A DNA stretch of 64,000 bases from Candidatus Bathyarchaeota archaeon. Lineage in GTDB: Archaea > Thermoproteota > Bathyarchaeia > TCS64. Shown here in pieces: positions 29,421-40,267 of the stretch. The notes beneath the pieces were generated by a model. The model was not told where the DNA came from, did no database searches, and was given only the letters and a program-made list of their open reading frames with translations. Position 1 is the first letter of the stretch; every line of letters begins with the position of its first letter. The stretch covers positions 59,718-123,717 of the forward strand of contig CAWGAT010000029.1 in NCBI GenBank assembly GCA_963820555.1. The letters run 5' to 3'. The position numbers and the translations under genes were made by a program.

Positions 29421-32400
29421 TTACTGTGCCGGTTTCCTCTCCGTTCCACCTCTCATGAAGTCGGTGAGGCTGAATTGCTTCGACAGCTCCTCGGGGGCGG
29501 CCTCCTCGACGAATATTTGGCTAAGCTCCAATTGGACGAGCTCGAGGCGGTCCACATAGTATTCGTCCAAGCCGTACTTCTTCACCATGTCGAGGGCGGG
29601 CTGTAGGTACTTCTCTATGCCCCCCTTGTGGACCGTCATCTGGATGGGTCCGCCGCAGCGCTGGCACTTCCCAGCCAGCGGAGGGCGCCTGTACTTCCTG
29701 TTACACTTCGTGCATCGGAATGTCTGGCTCGTGAAGGCGCGGAGGTTACCTACGATGTCCTTCATGAAGTGGCTGTTGAGGATCTTGAGGGCTACTTGCT
29801 TCGAGTCGACGGCTCGGAGCTTTGACGCCAGCTCCAGCTGGCTATCAAGCTTATCCACCATCGTAGTGAGGGTGTTGTAGGCTCCGTGGAAGCTGCCGAG
29901 GTTTATGTCGCTGCAATCCTCGGTGTAGCTGAATCCCTGGAACTGGGCTTCGGTGCCTAGCCGGGCTCCTATGGTGTCGACGAGGGCCCCGTACTGGCCG
30001 CTTCCCGCCCCCTCCGCGCAGAGGCGGTAGAACTCGGGCGGGTAGCTCTCGTTCACATCAACGTTATGGGCCTCCTTGTCGACCTCGCTGGGGTTGAGGA
30101 TGGGGATGACGAACAGTGGTGCGTCCATCTGACCACCGCTCTGCTGCGGGAGGTAGGTCTTGCTGAAGTTGAGGAGTGGGTCGAGGGCGAGCATCACTGC
30201 GTCCTCGTCTCCGTCGCAGTTCCTGCGCTTCGCTGCGTGCCAAAGCGGGTGGGCGTACTGATTTCGAACTTTAGTGAAGCCCACGAGTCGCCCCGATATA
30301 GCGGCGGACGTGTGCGGTGCGAGTCCTAGTAGGAGGCAGCCGACCAGATCGCCACGGCTCTTCGCGTTGTAGAAGGGCTTCATCCCGTAGAAGTCGCGGA
30401 GCTGGTCGTCTAGAAACTTGGACACCTTGAGGAGATAGTCCCCACAGTCCTCCGGGAGGATCACGTCCTGCACCTTGAGCTCAAGCATCTGCTCCGCGTC
30501 CACGAGTGGTTCGCTGTGGGTGTCGAGGGTGTAGCCTAGGCCTCGAAGTGCCTCCACCTGGACGCCGACCTCGCTCGGCTTGAAGTGTGTGAGGGGGATG
30601 TCTGTGAGGTCGAATCGGAGGGTCCCGTCCTTAAAGACGCTGAGGTCGTAACGGGCCCTGAGGATGCCCTTGGCGAGGTGCTCCGGTGTCCGGGTCTTGT
30701 TCATGAGTTTTTTGACGCACTTCACGCGTGTCGGGAGTTGCCCACCTATCATCTTCCGGGCACCCTCCAACTCGTCCTTGAGATCTACGTCTACGCTCGT
30801 GTATGATACTATCTCGGATCGGCACTGTGGGCAACGCTCACCCTCGAATCTGAGGCCGCAGCGGCTGCATCGGCGTATCTCCTTCGTCTCGCCTCCGCAG
30901 TTCTGGCAAACAGTGGTCGACCCGATCTCCCCGCAGGTGAGGCACTGGCGCTGGGATAGCTCCACCTTAACCGTCTTCCCCTTCTCCGCCTTGAGGATGT
31001 CGCGCTGTGGCCCCCCCGCTTCCCCAACGGGATAGAGGCTGTGAACGTAAGGGGCCATCCTGCGCTCCTTCGCCTTCTCGGGACGCCCCATGCGCGCCCC
31101 AACGAAAACTCCAGCCTTCTCCCTCACTGGGAAGCCGGCGAGGAAGTTCACCACCTCTAGCGGCTTCTCCCCCTTTATCTCGGTGTACCTCTGGCTGAGG
31201 CCGAGGGTTCTTGGCGACGACGCGGGCGTCCTCGCCCAAATCAAGGCGACCCCCCCTGACCCTGTGGGGAAGGAGCAGCTTCTCCAGCGCAGATTTAACG
31301 TCCGGGAGGTTGGGGAACTCCGTCGAGTCTGGGCTATACTCGGATGCTAGGGTGTTCCTTAGAGAGATGATCTCGTCCCTCGTGAGGGCGGACCAGTGGT
31401 AGTTCCAGCGGGGGTGGATCGGTACATCCATCGAGGTCAGAGCAAGGACCTCGTCGACTGTAGGCCTGTTAAGTGGACTAGCCCTCAGGTATCCTATCCT
31501 CTCAGCGAGGAGCCCAGTGAGGCTCACTGCGGCATCATCTCCGACGCGTGTGCAGGCCGCCCTGAGGTCCTGAACCCACTGGTTCTCGTCATAGCCGCTG
31601 GGGAGGAGGGCCTTGTTGTTCTGGATGAAGTCTCCAGCGTTACTGAGGTAGTCGCCGAGGAAGAGTATCCGTTCCACACTTGGTAGGAGCTTCTCCGCCT
31701 CGGCCTCAGTCTCGACACGCTGCACTGAGCCGTCCTTGAGCCTCACGACGGGGGGCTCTATCGAGTCCACGGGGCATGTGGCGGCGGATTTCCCGGGGAG
31801 TTCTGTGCGCATCTGGACTCCCGTGACTAGGAACTTGTTGAGGATGACCATGGTGGCTGGGTGGACGCCACTGGCGGCGAGGCCGGTGTTTCGGGCACGC
31901 CCATATCGGAGGCGGAACCCGCCCACTGCGCCTGGGAAGCTGAAGACGGGGCGACCGACGATTATCTCGTCCATGAAGGCGGCGGTGGGCTCAGCTTTCG
32001 CCTCCCCTTCACCCTTCTTCTTCTTACCCATCTTCAGGAGCCACTCCCAGCCGGTGACGCCGAGATTGTCGCAGGCCCCGTGTAGCTTGCGGGCGCGGCC
32101 CACTATACCATCCACGACCACAATGAGGGCTCCTCCTCGCAACCTGTTAGTCTCTATCCCAGCGACGTCCCGGTAGTTGCTCACCTCGTAAGGGTCGGTA
32201 GCAACCCCCGTGGCCTCGACCGGTATCTGGCGGATAGCCACCTCTAGGTCCTCGTCGGTGACGTGGTACTGGAAGCGACGGACGGTTCGCTCGTAGAGGC
32301 GAACCTCCTCGATGAATCGCTGCACCTGGTTCTCGCTCGGCTGGAACTTCTCTAAGCCGAGGCGCTTCCTGCACGTGGTCGGCGACGACGAGAGTCATGG

Positions 32401-32863
32401 CCTGGGCGGTGCCACCGGCGGGGCGAATGGGGCCCGCGAAGTAGAGGCTGAGGTACTGGGTGCGGTCGGGGTTGACCTTTATGACTATCTTCGGGAGGCC
32501 CTCGATGGGGGCGACGGTTACGCCCTCCGTCATTATGGCGAGGGCGGTCCTGATGGCTTGGTCGGCGGCCTTCTCCCTCTCGAAGCTGCCGAATCGGCCG
32601 AGGGTGATCTCCTCCGCTATCTTGAAGGCCATCTCCCTGCGGTCCATGCCCTCGAGCTCCCTCATCCGGGCAGTGAGACCGGGGGGGCCGAGCATCTTCT
32701 CGACACGCTCGGCGATGTCGTGGGTGATCTGCACCTCGACTTCCTTGGATGCGTCGAGGCCCTTCGCCCTTGCCTCGCCCGCGACCTCGTATAGCTTGGC
32801 CAGCTTCGCCTCTAGCTCGTCGAAGTATGCCCTGTACTCTGGTGTCATGCGGAGCTGGCTCAA
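29421..32863 (-). CDS. polC: DNA polymerase II (PolD) large subunit DP2, no intein (apparent frameshifts near 32330 and 31205)
   Basis: YFAGPIRPAGGTAQA, GFRLRYGRARNTG, GARMGRPEKA, DGTLRFD, HAAKRRNCDGDED, C-terminal zinc finger; about 1147 codons in total. Confidence 0.95.
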
Positions 32864-32893
32864 ATCAAGAAGGTATGGTGCGGAGGTGGATAA

Positions 32894-33648
32894 TTAGGCT
32901 TGGGCCTTAAGGGCGGAGGTGATCTCTCGTATGCGCTCGGTGACTTTGCTCTCCTCCTCAACAAGGGTGCCGGTAACGATGATCTGGGCACCCGCCATCT
33001 TCGCAGCGACGGCGGCCTTCGCGTCCCGTGATCCCTCCCCCGACGACAAGGGTGCCCCTGCAATACTTACGGACAGCGCCGATCATCTGGGGCGTAGACT
33101 GGCTGGGGTGCGCCGGAGCCCGCCTCTAGGTAGATGTAGCGCATTCCTAGGAGTTCGGCCGCTGATGCGTAGGCGACGGCGAGTTCGGGGCGGTCGTATG
33201 GGACGACACGTGCTTGGCCGACGTAGCCAGCTGCTCCGCCGTAGCCGACGATTATATAGCCCATCGGCATGGTCTCTAAGCCAAGCTTCTTCACCATGGG
33301 AGCGCCGATTGCCTGGCTGTCTATAAGGTAGTAGGTGTTGGCGCTGTTGAGGAGGCTCATGAACCAGATGGCGTCGGCTGCGCCGGTGATGCTGGCGATG
33401 TTGTTTGGGAAGATGATGACAGGGAGCTTTACAGCGGCCTTGATCCTCTTGACGGCGTCCTCCATCTCGACACCTGAAGCGACGGTGCTACCGCCCACCA
33501 TTATGGCGGCGGTGCCACCTGCTTCAGCATCTTTGGCGATAGCGGCGCAGTCGTAGCCCGACTTCTTCTCGGGGTCGAGGAGGGTCATGTGTATGCAGCC
33601 CTCCGCCCTGATCCTGTCTTGGATGAGCTGCTCTACGCGGTTAGCCAA
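32894..33648 (-). CDS. Geranylgeranylglyceryl phosphate synthase (apparent frameshifts in the 3' third)
   Basis: HMTLLDPEK, IMVGGST, IIFPNN, SLLNS, YLEAGSGA. VGGGI and GAQIIVTGT follow in shifted frames. Confidence 0.9.
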
Positions 33649-33892
33649 CCTTCTGTGTCGCCCCCTCCTCGTAGTACTTGTCGACGAACGTGCTGTAGGC
33701 GTCGACGGGGGCGGTGTTGGGCTCTATGGTTATGCGTCCATGGAGGCCGCATGCGCTGCAGCGGATGCCGGCGAGGTTGTTCTTGGGGTCGATGGTGACT
33801 TTGATGGAGTTCTTGGCGCAGTTGGGGCAGAGGAACAGCTCGGGCAGCGTCTTCCTTATGATCTTTTCTTCCTTCTTCCTTCTTCTTCCCAT
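33641..33892 (-). CDS. elf1: Transcription elongation factor Elf1
   Basis: MGRRRKK..., FLCPNC...CSACG, PVDAYSTFVD zinc-ribbon signature. Confidence 0.85.
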   Translation of the reverse strand: MGRRRKKEEKIIRKTLPELFLCPNCAKNSIKVTIDPKNNLAGIRCSACGLHGRITIEPNTAPVDAYSTFVDKYYEEGATQKVG

Positions 33893-33925
33893 GGACGTGT
33901 CTCCGTTTAGCGTTAACGTAGGGGC

Positions 33926-34720
33926 TCAGCTTAGTCTTAAGATTGCCGGAGGGAGGCGTTTGTGCTCGTTGGCGGCTATCCTCGCTATGATCCCCTCGAC
34001 GTTGGGTTGGTCGACCCCCGTCTCCGATGCTATCTGGGCCGGTGCCCAACCCTTGAGGTGGGTGTGGACTATGAGGTCGAGGTTGTCGTAGGGGAGCCCG
34101 AGGTCCTTCTCAGTGTCTTGCCCAGGCCAGAGGCGGGCCGAGGCAGGCTTCTCTGTTATGCTCGTGGGGACGCCTAGGTACCTGCCTAGGGCCCGGATCT
34201 GGCACTTGTAGAGGTCCGCGAATGGCATGATATCCACTCCGCCGTCTCCATACTTCGTGTAGTAGCCGAGGTAGAGCTCAGTTTTGTTCGACGTGCCCAT
34301 CACCATTGCCCTCCGGGTGTTGGCGTAATAGTAGGTGAGTAACATCCTGAGGCGGGCCTTAATGTTGCCGTAGGCTACCCTGTCGGATGGGTCAAATCCG
34401 GGAATGTTTTCGCGAATCACATGTAACATTGGCGTGATTTCCACATGCTCACACGTGACTCCGACCGTCTCACAGAGGCGCATCACATCGTCCACGTCGC
34501 CGTTTGGTGTGATATCACGCTCCGGAAGGGTCAACGCTGTGACTTTTTCGGGTCCTAGAGCTCTTAGTTGTGGCGGCTAGAGCCGTAGCTGAGTCTATCC
34601 CACCGCTTACCGCCACTATGCCCCGTTTAATCCGGCTGATTTTATCGTTTTTTGTATAAATTCTATGACTCTTTCACTGGTTTTCTTCGGGTCGATTCTT
34701 AGTTGGTCGATGGTTATCAT
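33926..34720 (-). CDS. nadE: NH3-dependent NAD+ synthetase (two apparent frameshifts near 34625 and 34560)
   Basis: VAVSGGIDSA in the upstream frame; GNIKARLRM, GTSNKTE, GYYTKYGDG, DLYKCQ, KPASARLW, EHKR. Confidence 0.92.
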
Positions 34721-34907
34721 TAGTCTCTTATGTGATTAGGGGGATTAAATCGTTTCTTTATATATTTTTTTGATAAATTTTAGCTATTTATGCCATATAT
34801 TATGTTAGTTGACCTAGATATCAAATGTTTGAGCACATGTTACATTAAAAATGGCTCGATTAGAGACGAAATCAAAAGGTTGATACGGCATACAGTTTTG
34901 TATACAA

Positions 34908-34928
34908 TGGTATCATTTAGTGATACCA
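34908..34928. promoter_or_regulatory. Perfect inverted repeat TGGTATCA-N5-TGATACCA (operator-like)
   Basis: 8-bp arms, 22-42 bp upstream of the ATG at 34950, in the AT-rich divergent gap. Confidence 0.5.
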
Positions 34929-34949
34929 ATATTTAGAGAGAGTGAAAAT

Positions 34950-35411
34950 ATGGAGTCCACTGAAGAGACGCAGAAAATGATTCAAAAAGCATTTCAAGAC
35001 CCAATAACTGACTTGTTATTAAAAAATAGCAATTTAACGAGGACTCAATTCGAAACACTTATGATTGACCTTTTAATCGATGTAATGTCTGATGAAAAGG
35101 TTCCATTTAAAGATAAGACCTTATTTAGAACCCATAAGGTCAGTCGGGGCTCGTTTAGCCGTACATTAGGTCAGGCTAGGCACCGAGTGATATCTTCAAT
35201 TTTCACTATAGTGTTACTTAGCTATGTTGGGGTCTACGATGCCAAGCCCTTCGAGGAGTACCAAAATCTCTCTGAAAAATTGAGAGAATATCTCTCTGAG
35301 ATCGAAAAGTCGGGCGGTAAGCAGTCGTCAGCTCTACTGAGACGAATTGAAGAGGAGTTGACCATGGGGATCGAGTCGCTGTCACATCCGACGAAACTCA
35401 AGGCGGTGTGA
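34950..35411 (+). CDS. Hypothetical protein with an HTH-like segment
   Basis: 153 aa, mostly helical; KVSRGSFSRTLGQAR resembles a recognition helix. Confidence 0.65.
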   Translation: MESTEETQKMIQKAFQDPITDLLLKNSNLTRTQFETLMIDLLIDVMSDEKVPFKDKTLFRTHKVSRGSFSRTLGQARHRVISSIFTIVLLSYVGVYDAKPFEEYQNLSEKLREYLSEIEKSGGKQSSALLRRIEEELTMGIESLSHPTKLKAV

Positions 35412-35418
35412 TATCACA

Positions 35419-37745
35419 TTAAATCACAGATGCTAAAGCGATACAAGATTGGCCTAAGGATGATCCCCCGTCTCCTAATGGAGTTTTAATATTTGTCAAC
35501 ACATTTAATTCACTGTTTTTCTATGTTTTTTATGATTTGTTGCGAGATGTATCTATTGACTAACACGCCACCTGAAAGGACAACGGTTCGGATGTGTTCA
35601 GCATCAGCTACCTCAATAGCTATATTAGATATGCCTTCCGCTAAATATTTCTGAGTAAAAGCCGCAATATCGCCTTTTTTAAGGCTATTTTTGTTATCTA
35701 TTAGATATTTAAGCATATTTGCAGTTTTTAACTCGTAGATATTCCTTTTATTCTCTATTTTAATCGGGTACTTGATTGTATCTGGGTTCCCTTTCTCTGC
35801 AAGGGACTCGAGTCTCATGGCGGGCTCGCCTTCGTAAGTTCTGTAATAGGTTAAGCCGAGTAAAGATGCTACCGAGTCGAGCAGTCTACCGGAACTTGAA
35901 GTTTTCAGAACGTTTCGTGCCCTTGATTGTTTAATAATCAGGTCGCGTTCAACGAAACCGTTAGGTAACGCTTCCTCTATGTGATTCTCTGTGATATCAC
36001 GTAACTCATCTTCGCTAATGATCGTGGAAAGAGCCGAGATTAGCATCCTATAGGGGTATAGTGCACATAGATCTCCCCCAGGCATGGGTAGATATTCAAG
36101 CTGACCCGCCCGTTTATAGTCAAAATAGGTCGAAATTAGCACTTCTCCGCCCCAGATCGCGCCGTCCGGCCCATATCCAGCTCCATCTAAGGCTATTCCG
36201 ACGACGCTCTCATCCGGTTTTACGCCATTTTCTGCGCAAACCGACACTATGTGGGCGTGATGGTGCTGTGATTTTGTGATTTCTACGCCCGTCTCCTGTG
36301 ATATCACCTCCGCCAACTGTGATGTCATGTAACCCGGGTGCTGGTCACAGGCTATCACATCCGGGTTACGTGTGATTCTGAGGAGGTCACGCATGCCGTA
36401 GATTGCATTTTTCTCGTATTCCAGAGTCTCTAGGTTGGTTACATCCCCGAGGTACTGGGTCTGATAGCATCTCCCGTCGAGGGTAACCGAGGCGGCGTTG
36501 CTCTGTTCCGTCCCAACGGCGAAGGATATGCCCTTTTTAAGGGATATTTCGACGGGGTCGGGCACGTATCCGCGTGATCTCCTTATGAATGCCACCCGCC
36601 CATCGTTAATTCGCATGAGGGAGTCGTCGCACCTGTTCACGATCTCCCTGTTGTGAACGAGGAAATAGTCGGCTACGCCGTCTAAATCACGAAGGGCGGC
36701 CTCGTTCGTTATGGCCATGGGTAGCCCAGACTTGTTCCCGCTAGTCATGACGAGGGCGGGCGCACCAAGCCTCTTGAAAAGCATTACCTGTATGCCCGTG
36801 TAGGGGAGCATCACGCCTACCCTGCTGAGCCCCGGCGCGACGAGGTCGGAGATCACTCCACCCCTCCTCTTGACGAGTACTATGGGCTTCTGCCAAGAGG
36901 TGAGTGCCCTCGACTCGAAGATGTCGGGGGAGGTGAAGCTCTTCACAGCTGCAAAGTCGGGTGCCATAAGGGCGAATGGCTGGTATGGCCTATTCTTCCG
37001 AGTCCTCAGCTTTTCGACTGGGTCATCTTCCGTAGCAAGGGCTGCGAGATGGAACCCACCGATCCCCTTGATCGCGACTATACTCCCCTCTCTCAGCAGC
37101 TTCGCCGCCTCAACGAATACATCGCTGACCCTGATCTCCGCCCCAGAGGCGTCCAGAAGGCTCATCTTGGGGCCGCAGATGCTACACGTTATCCCCTGGG
37201 CGTCGAATCGCCTGTCTAGGGGGTTCTTGTAGTCGTCTCTGGCAGTGCCTGCACATGGGGAAGGCGTCCATGTGGGTCCTCTCCCTGTCGTAGGGTAGGG
37301 ACCTGACCCCGGTGAACCTCGGGCCGCACCAGGCGCATGCCGTGAAGGGGTACTCGAACCAGCGCCCCTTTGCATCCTCCATGTCCCTGAGGCAATCAGG
37401 GCAAATCCCGATGTCAGGGGGGAAGATACCCGAGGCGGTCTCCCTACCGCTCCGGCTCCTGTCGATTACGAACTCCTTGAACCTATCCCTGTAGGGCCTG
37501 TAAGAGGAGTGTATCCCGGTGATCTCGGATACGGGTGGTGCCTCGGCTTGTATTGATTTGACGAATGCTTCTACGCTCTCGGTTGGGCCCTCGACGACGG
37601 CTTCTACCCCGGCGTCCCCGAGGTTTATGACGTAGCCCCTGAGCCCGTGGCGGACCGCCAGACGGTAGATGAAGGGGCGGAAGCCCACGCCCTGCACCCT
37701 GCCGGTCACGTGGACCTCAGCCTCTACGCTGCCCGGGGAGCCCAA
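35419..37745 (-). CDS. hypF: [NiFe]-hydrogenase maturation carbamoyltransferase HypF (apparent frameshifts near 37250, 35515 and 35465)
   Basis: Acylphosphatase N-domain (VTGRVQGVGFRPF), zinc fingers, KGIGGFHL, RRSRGYVP, QHHHAH, TSSSGRLLD. C-terminal PLGDGGSSLGQ is recovered in shifted frames. Confidence 0.93.
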
Positions 37746-37852
37746 GCCGATTCACAGCTATGAGGCGAGACGATTATTAAACGATGAGTCTCAGACTCCC
37801 CCACGCGGTGAGAGCAACCAAAGGATAAAAAAGCCAGACCAGTGACATTCAC

Positions 37853-38545
37853 ATGAGAGCATCAGACGGCGATACCTTGGATCTCACAATAACCGCGGCC
37901 GCCCTATTACTAGTCACGGTAGCCGCCTCCATCATCTTCTACCGCAAGATAAAGGAGGCCACAACCGAGTACAACGGGGCCAAGGAGTTCGTCCACAACA
38001 TAACCTTCGGATTCACCCGCCAGGTCAACCGCCTACAGCAGGACATGGCCAAGGCCGAGAACGAGGCCACTACGGCTAAGATAGTCGCCTCGGAGGCACT
38101 GAAAAACAGCGGCGAGGCGAAGGAGGCGACACTCAAGGGACTGGAGGCTGTGAAGACCATCCAGAGCCGCGTCGACTCCACCGAGTCCGAGGTCGAGTCC
38201 ATCAGGAAGGAGGTCCAGAAGCTCGCTGCTGCACCGAAGCAGCGCGTCGTCGTCCGCCAGGACATAACGGCTCCCATCCCCGTCCAGCAGGGCAACGTCC
38301 TCATGCAGCTGACGGAGACGGAGCTTAGCGCCCTGAAGAAGATCGCCGAGCTGGGGGAGGGGACGGTCCCCGAGATCAAGGAGCATCTCGGCACGACCCG
38401 CGAGCACACGGCGCGCACTCTCAAGAAGCTCTACGAGTCCGGCTTCGTCGACCGCAGCACGAATGCAATGCCCTACCGCTACAGCGTCCGAAAGGAGATA
38501 CGCGACCTTATCCAGCAGCAGCTGGAGCAGAAACCAACGCTATAG
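37853..38545 (+). CDS. Membrane-anchored coiled-coil protein with C-terminal winged-helix domain
   Basis: TM helix (aa about 10-30), heptad-rich middle, LTETELSALKKI...TREHTARTLKKLYESGFVDR wHTH. Confidence 0.7.
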   Translation: MRASDGDTLDLTITAAALLLVTVAASIIFYRKIKEATTEYNGAKEFVHNITFGFTRQVNRLQQDMAKAENEATTAKIVASEALKNSGEAKEATLKGLEAVKTIQSRVDSTESEVESIRKEVQKLAAAPKQRVVVRQDITAPIPVQQGNVLMQLTETELSALKKIAELGEGTVPEIKEHLGTTREHTARTLKKLYESGFVDRSTNAMPYRYSVRKEIRDLIQQQLEQKPTL

Positions 38546-38618
38546 AAACCCTTCACCTTCGAGGACGCTTGAGAATAAACAAATCATTACATTTCCGAGG
38601 TCTTAATAATTACAATAA

Positions 38619-38637
38619 TGACCATTCCTAATGGTCA
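38619..38637. promoter_or_regulatory. Perfect inverted repeat TGACCATT-CCT-AATGGTCA (operator-like)
   Basis: Ends 7 bp before the DHDPS-family start codon. Confidence 0.5.
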
Positions 38638-38643
38638 ACTAAA

Positions 38644-39531
38644 ATGGAGAAGCTGAGCGGGGTAATCCCCCCCATGACGACCCCCTTCACCAAGAACGAT
38701 GAAGTCGACTACAAGCTCCTGAAGGCCGACGCCAAGTACCTGATTGAGAAGGCGAAGGTCCACGGATTAGCCGTCGGAGGAAGTACCGGTGAGGGACACA
38801 CATTAACAACCGAGGAACTTAGGGCGTCCCTCGAGGTCGTGACGAAGGAGGCGAAGGGCAGGGTCCCCGTCATCGCCGGAGTCATCGTCGACAGCACGAA
38901 GCAGGCAATCGAGCGCTGTAAGGCTCTCGACGGCTTGGATATCGCCGCGCTCCAGGTGACGCCCGTCCACTACCTCTTCAAGCCCGACGACGAGGCGATG
39001 TACAAGCACTTCAAAACCATATCCGAGGCCGTTAAGCGCCCCATCCTCATCTACAACGTTATCCCTTGGAGCTACTGCTCACCGCAGCTCCTCACCAAGA
39101 TCATAACAGAGGTCCCCGGCGTAGTCGGCGTCAAGCAGAGCGCTAGCGACATAAAGCTCCTCGCGAACCTCATCCTCCGCCTGAACGGGAGGGGACTCAT
39201 CTTCAGCGCCGTTGACGCGCTCCTCTACCCGAGCTTCGCTCTCGGCGCCAACGGCACCATCTCCGCTATCCCGACTGCGGTCCCCGAGGTCGTCGTCGAC
39301 CTCTGGAACCAAGTCCAGGCGGGGGACCACGTCAAAGCCCGTAAGACCCATGAGAGGCTCCTCACGATATGGAACACCCTCGACGCCGACAACCTGCCAG
39401 CCAACACGAAGACCGCGATGGAACTCCAGGGCAGGAAGGCCGGATTACCACGCCCACCCATGCCGCCGAGTAGCGAAGCCCAGAAGGCAGCTATAAAGAA
39501 GGCCCTTAAGGACACGGGAGTAATAAAGTAG
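38644..39531 (+). CDS. Dihydrodipicolinate synthase / aldolase class I family protein
   Basis: TTPF, GGSTGEG, IYNVIP, Schiff-base Lys in VGVKQS. Confidence 0.88.
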   Translation: MEKLSGVIPPMTTPFTKNDEVDYKLLKADAKYLIEKAKVHGLAVGGSTGEGHTLTTEELRASLEVVTKEAKGRVPVIAGVIVDSTKQAIERCKALDGLDIAALQVTPVHYLFKPDDEAMYKHFKTISEAVKRPILIYNVIPWSYCSPQLLTKIITEVPGVVGVKQSASDIKLLANLILRLNGRGLIFSAVDALLYPSFALGANGTISAIPTAVPEVVVDLWNQVQAGDHVKARKTHERLLTIWNTLDADNLPANTKTAMELQGRKAGLPRPPMPPSSEAQKAAIKKALKDTGVIK

Positions 39532-39905
39532 ACAAACTCCCCCCAACGTCTGAAAAAAAGGGAGGCCATCCGAGCCCAAATCAAGTCTCTCCCAGTCGGG
39601 GAAGCCTAAAAAACGCGCCGATTATCCCCGATAATATACCAAAACGTGTATTTAAGCCACTCATCAATCCAAGATCGAGAACGAAACCGTCGTCACTATC
39701 CGCCACAAGATCACGGCCGAAAAAGGCTCCAAATCCGAAAAGCGATGAAAACAAGCGGAATCGCGACGGCGGCGAAGACACCCCCTCCCCCCAACCCATG
39801 CACGCAAGCAGAGAGAGACACGAAAAACTATTTTCCCCGTTATCGCGTGTAGCACCCCATTAGCCGAGCAGGCTTTATACCCCTCAACCCCACCACAGAT
39901 ACGAA

Positions 39906-40247
39906 ATGAAGACCAACAGCGTAGACAAGGCACCAAGAATGAGCCCCGCCAAGGGCGTAGAGATCATAATCCTCGGCAGCAGCGAGAAGGTAATGCTCAC
40001 CCACATCATCGCCCAACCAGGCGCAATCGTCCCCGACCACAAACACCCCCACGACCAGATAGGCACCTGCATCAAAGGCGAGGGCGTCCTCACCTCCGGC
40101 GGAAAGAAGTTCAAGACCGTCCCAGGCGCAAGCTGGTACATCCCAGGAGGCGAGAGCCACGACTGGGTCAACACCAGCAAGGGCGAGACCATCCTCATAG
40201 AGACCTTCGCCCCTCCACGCGAAGACTACCTGGCCAAGGCCAAGTAA
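39906..40247 (+). CDS. Cupin domain protein
   Basis: PDHKHPHDQIG and YIPGGESH cupin motifs. Confidence 0.85.
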   Translation: MKTNSVDKAPRMSPAKGVEIIILGSSEKVMLTHIIAQPGAIVPDHKHPHDQIGTCIKGEGVLTSGGKKFKTVPGASWYIPGGESHDWVNTSKGETILIETFAPPREDYLAKAK

Positions 40248-40267
40248 ATGAGAGTGAACCACCCCCC

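Noticed and set aside
29421-32863. Intein or split gene in PolD DP2
   Set aside because: The summed length (about 1147 codons) fits an intein-free DP2; the breaks are single-base shifts
39532-39905. Short overlapping ORFs in the gap between the DHDPS-family and cupin genes
   Set aside because: Low-complexity, no coherent start or domain on either strand
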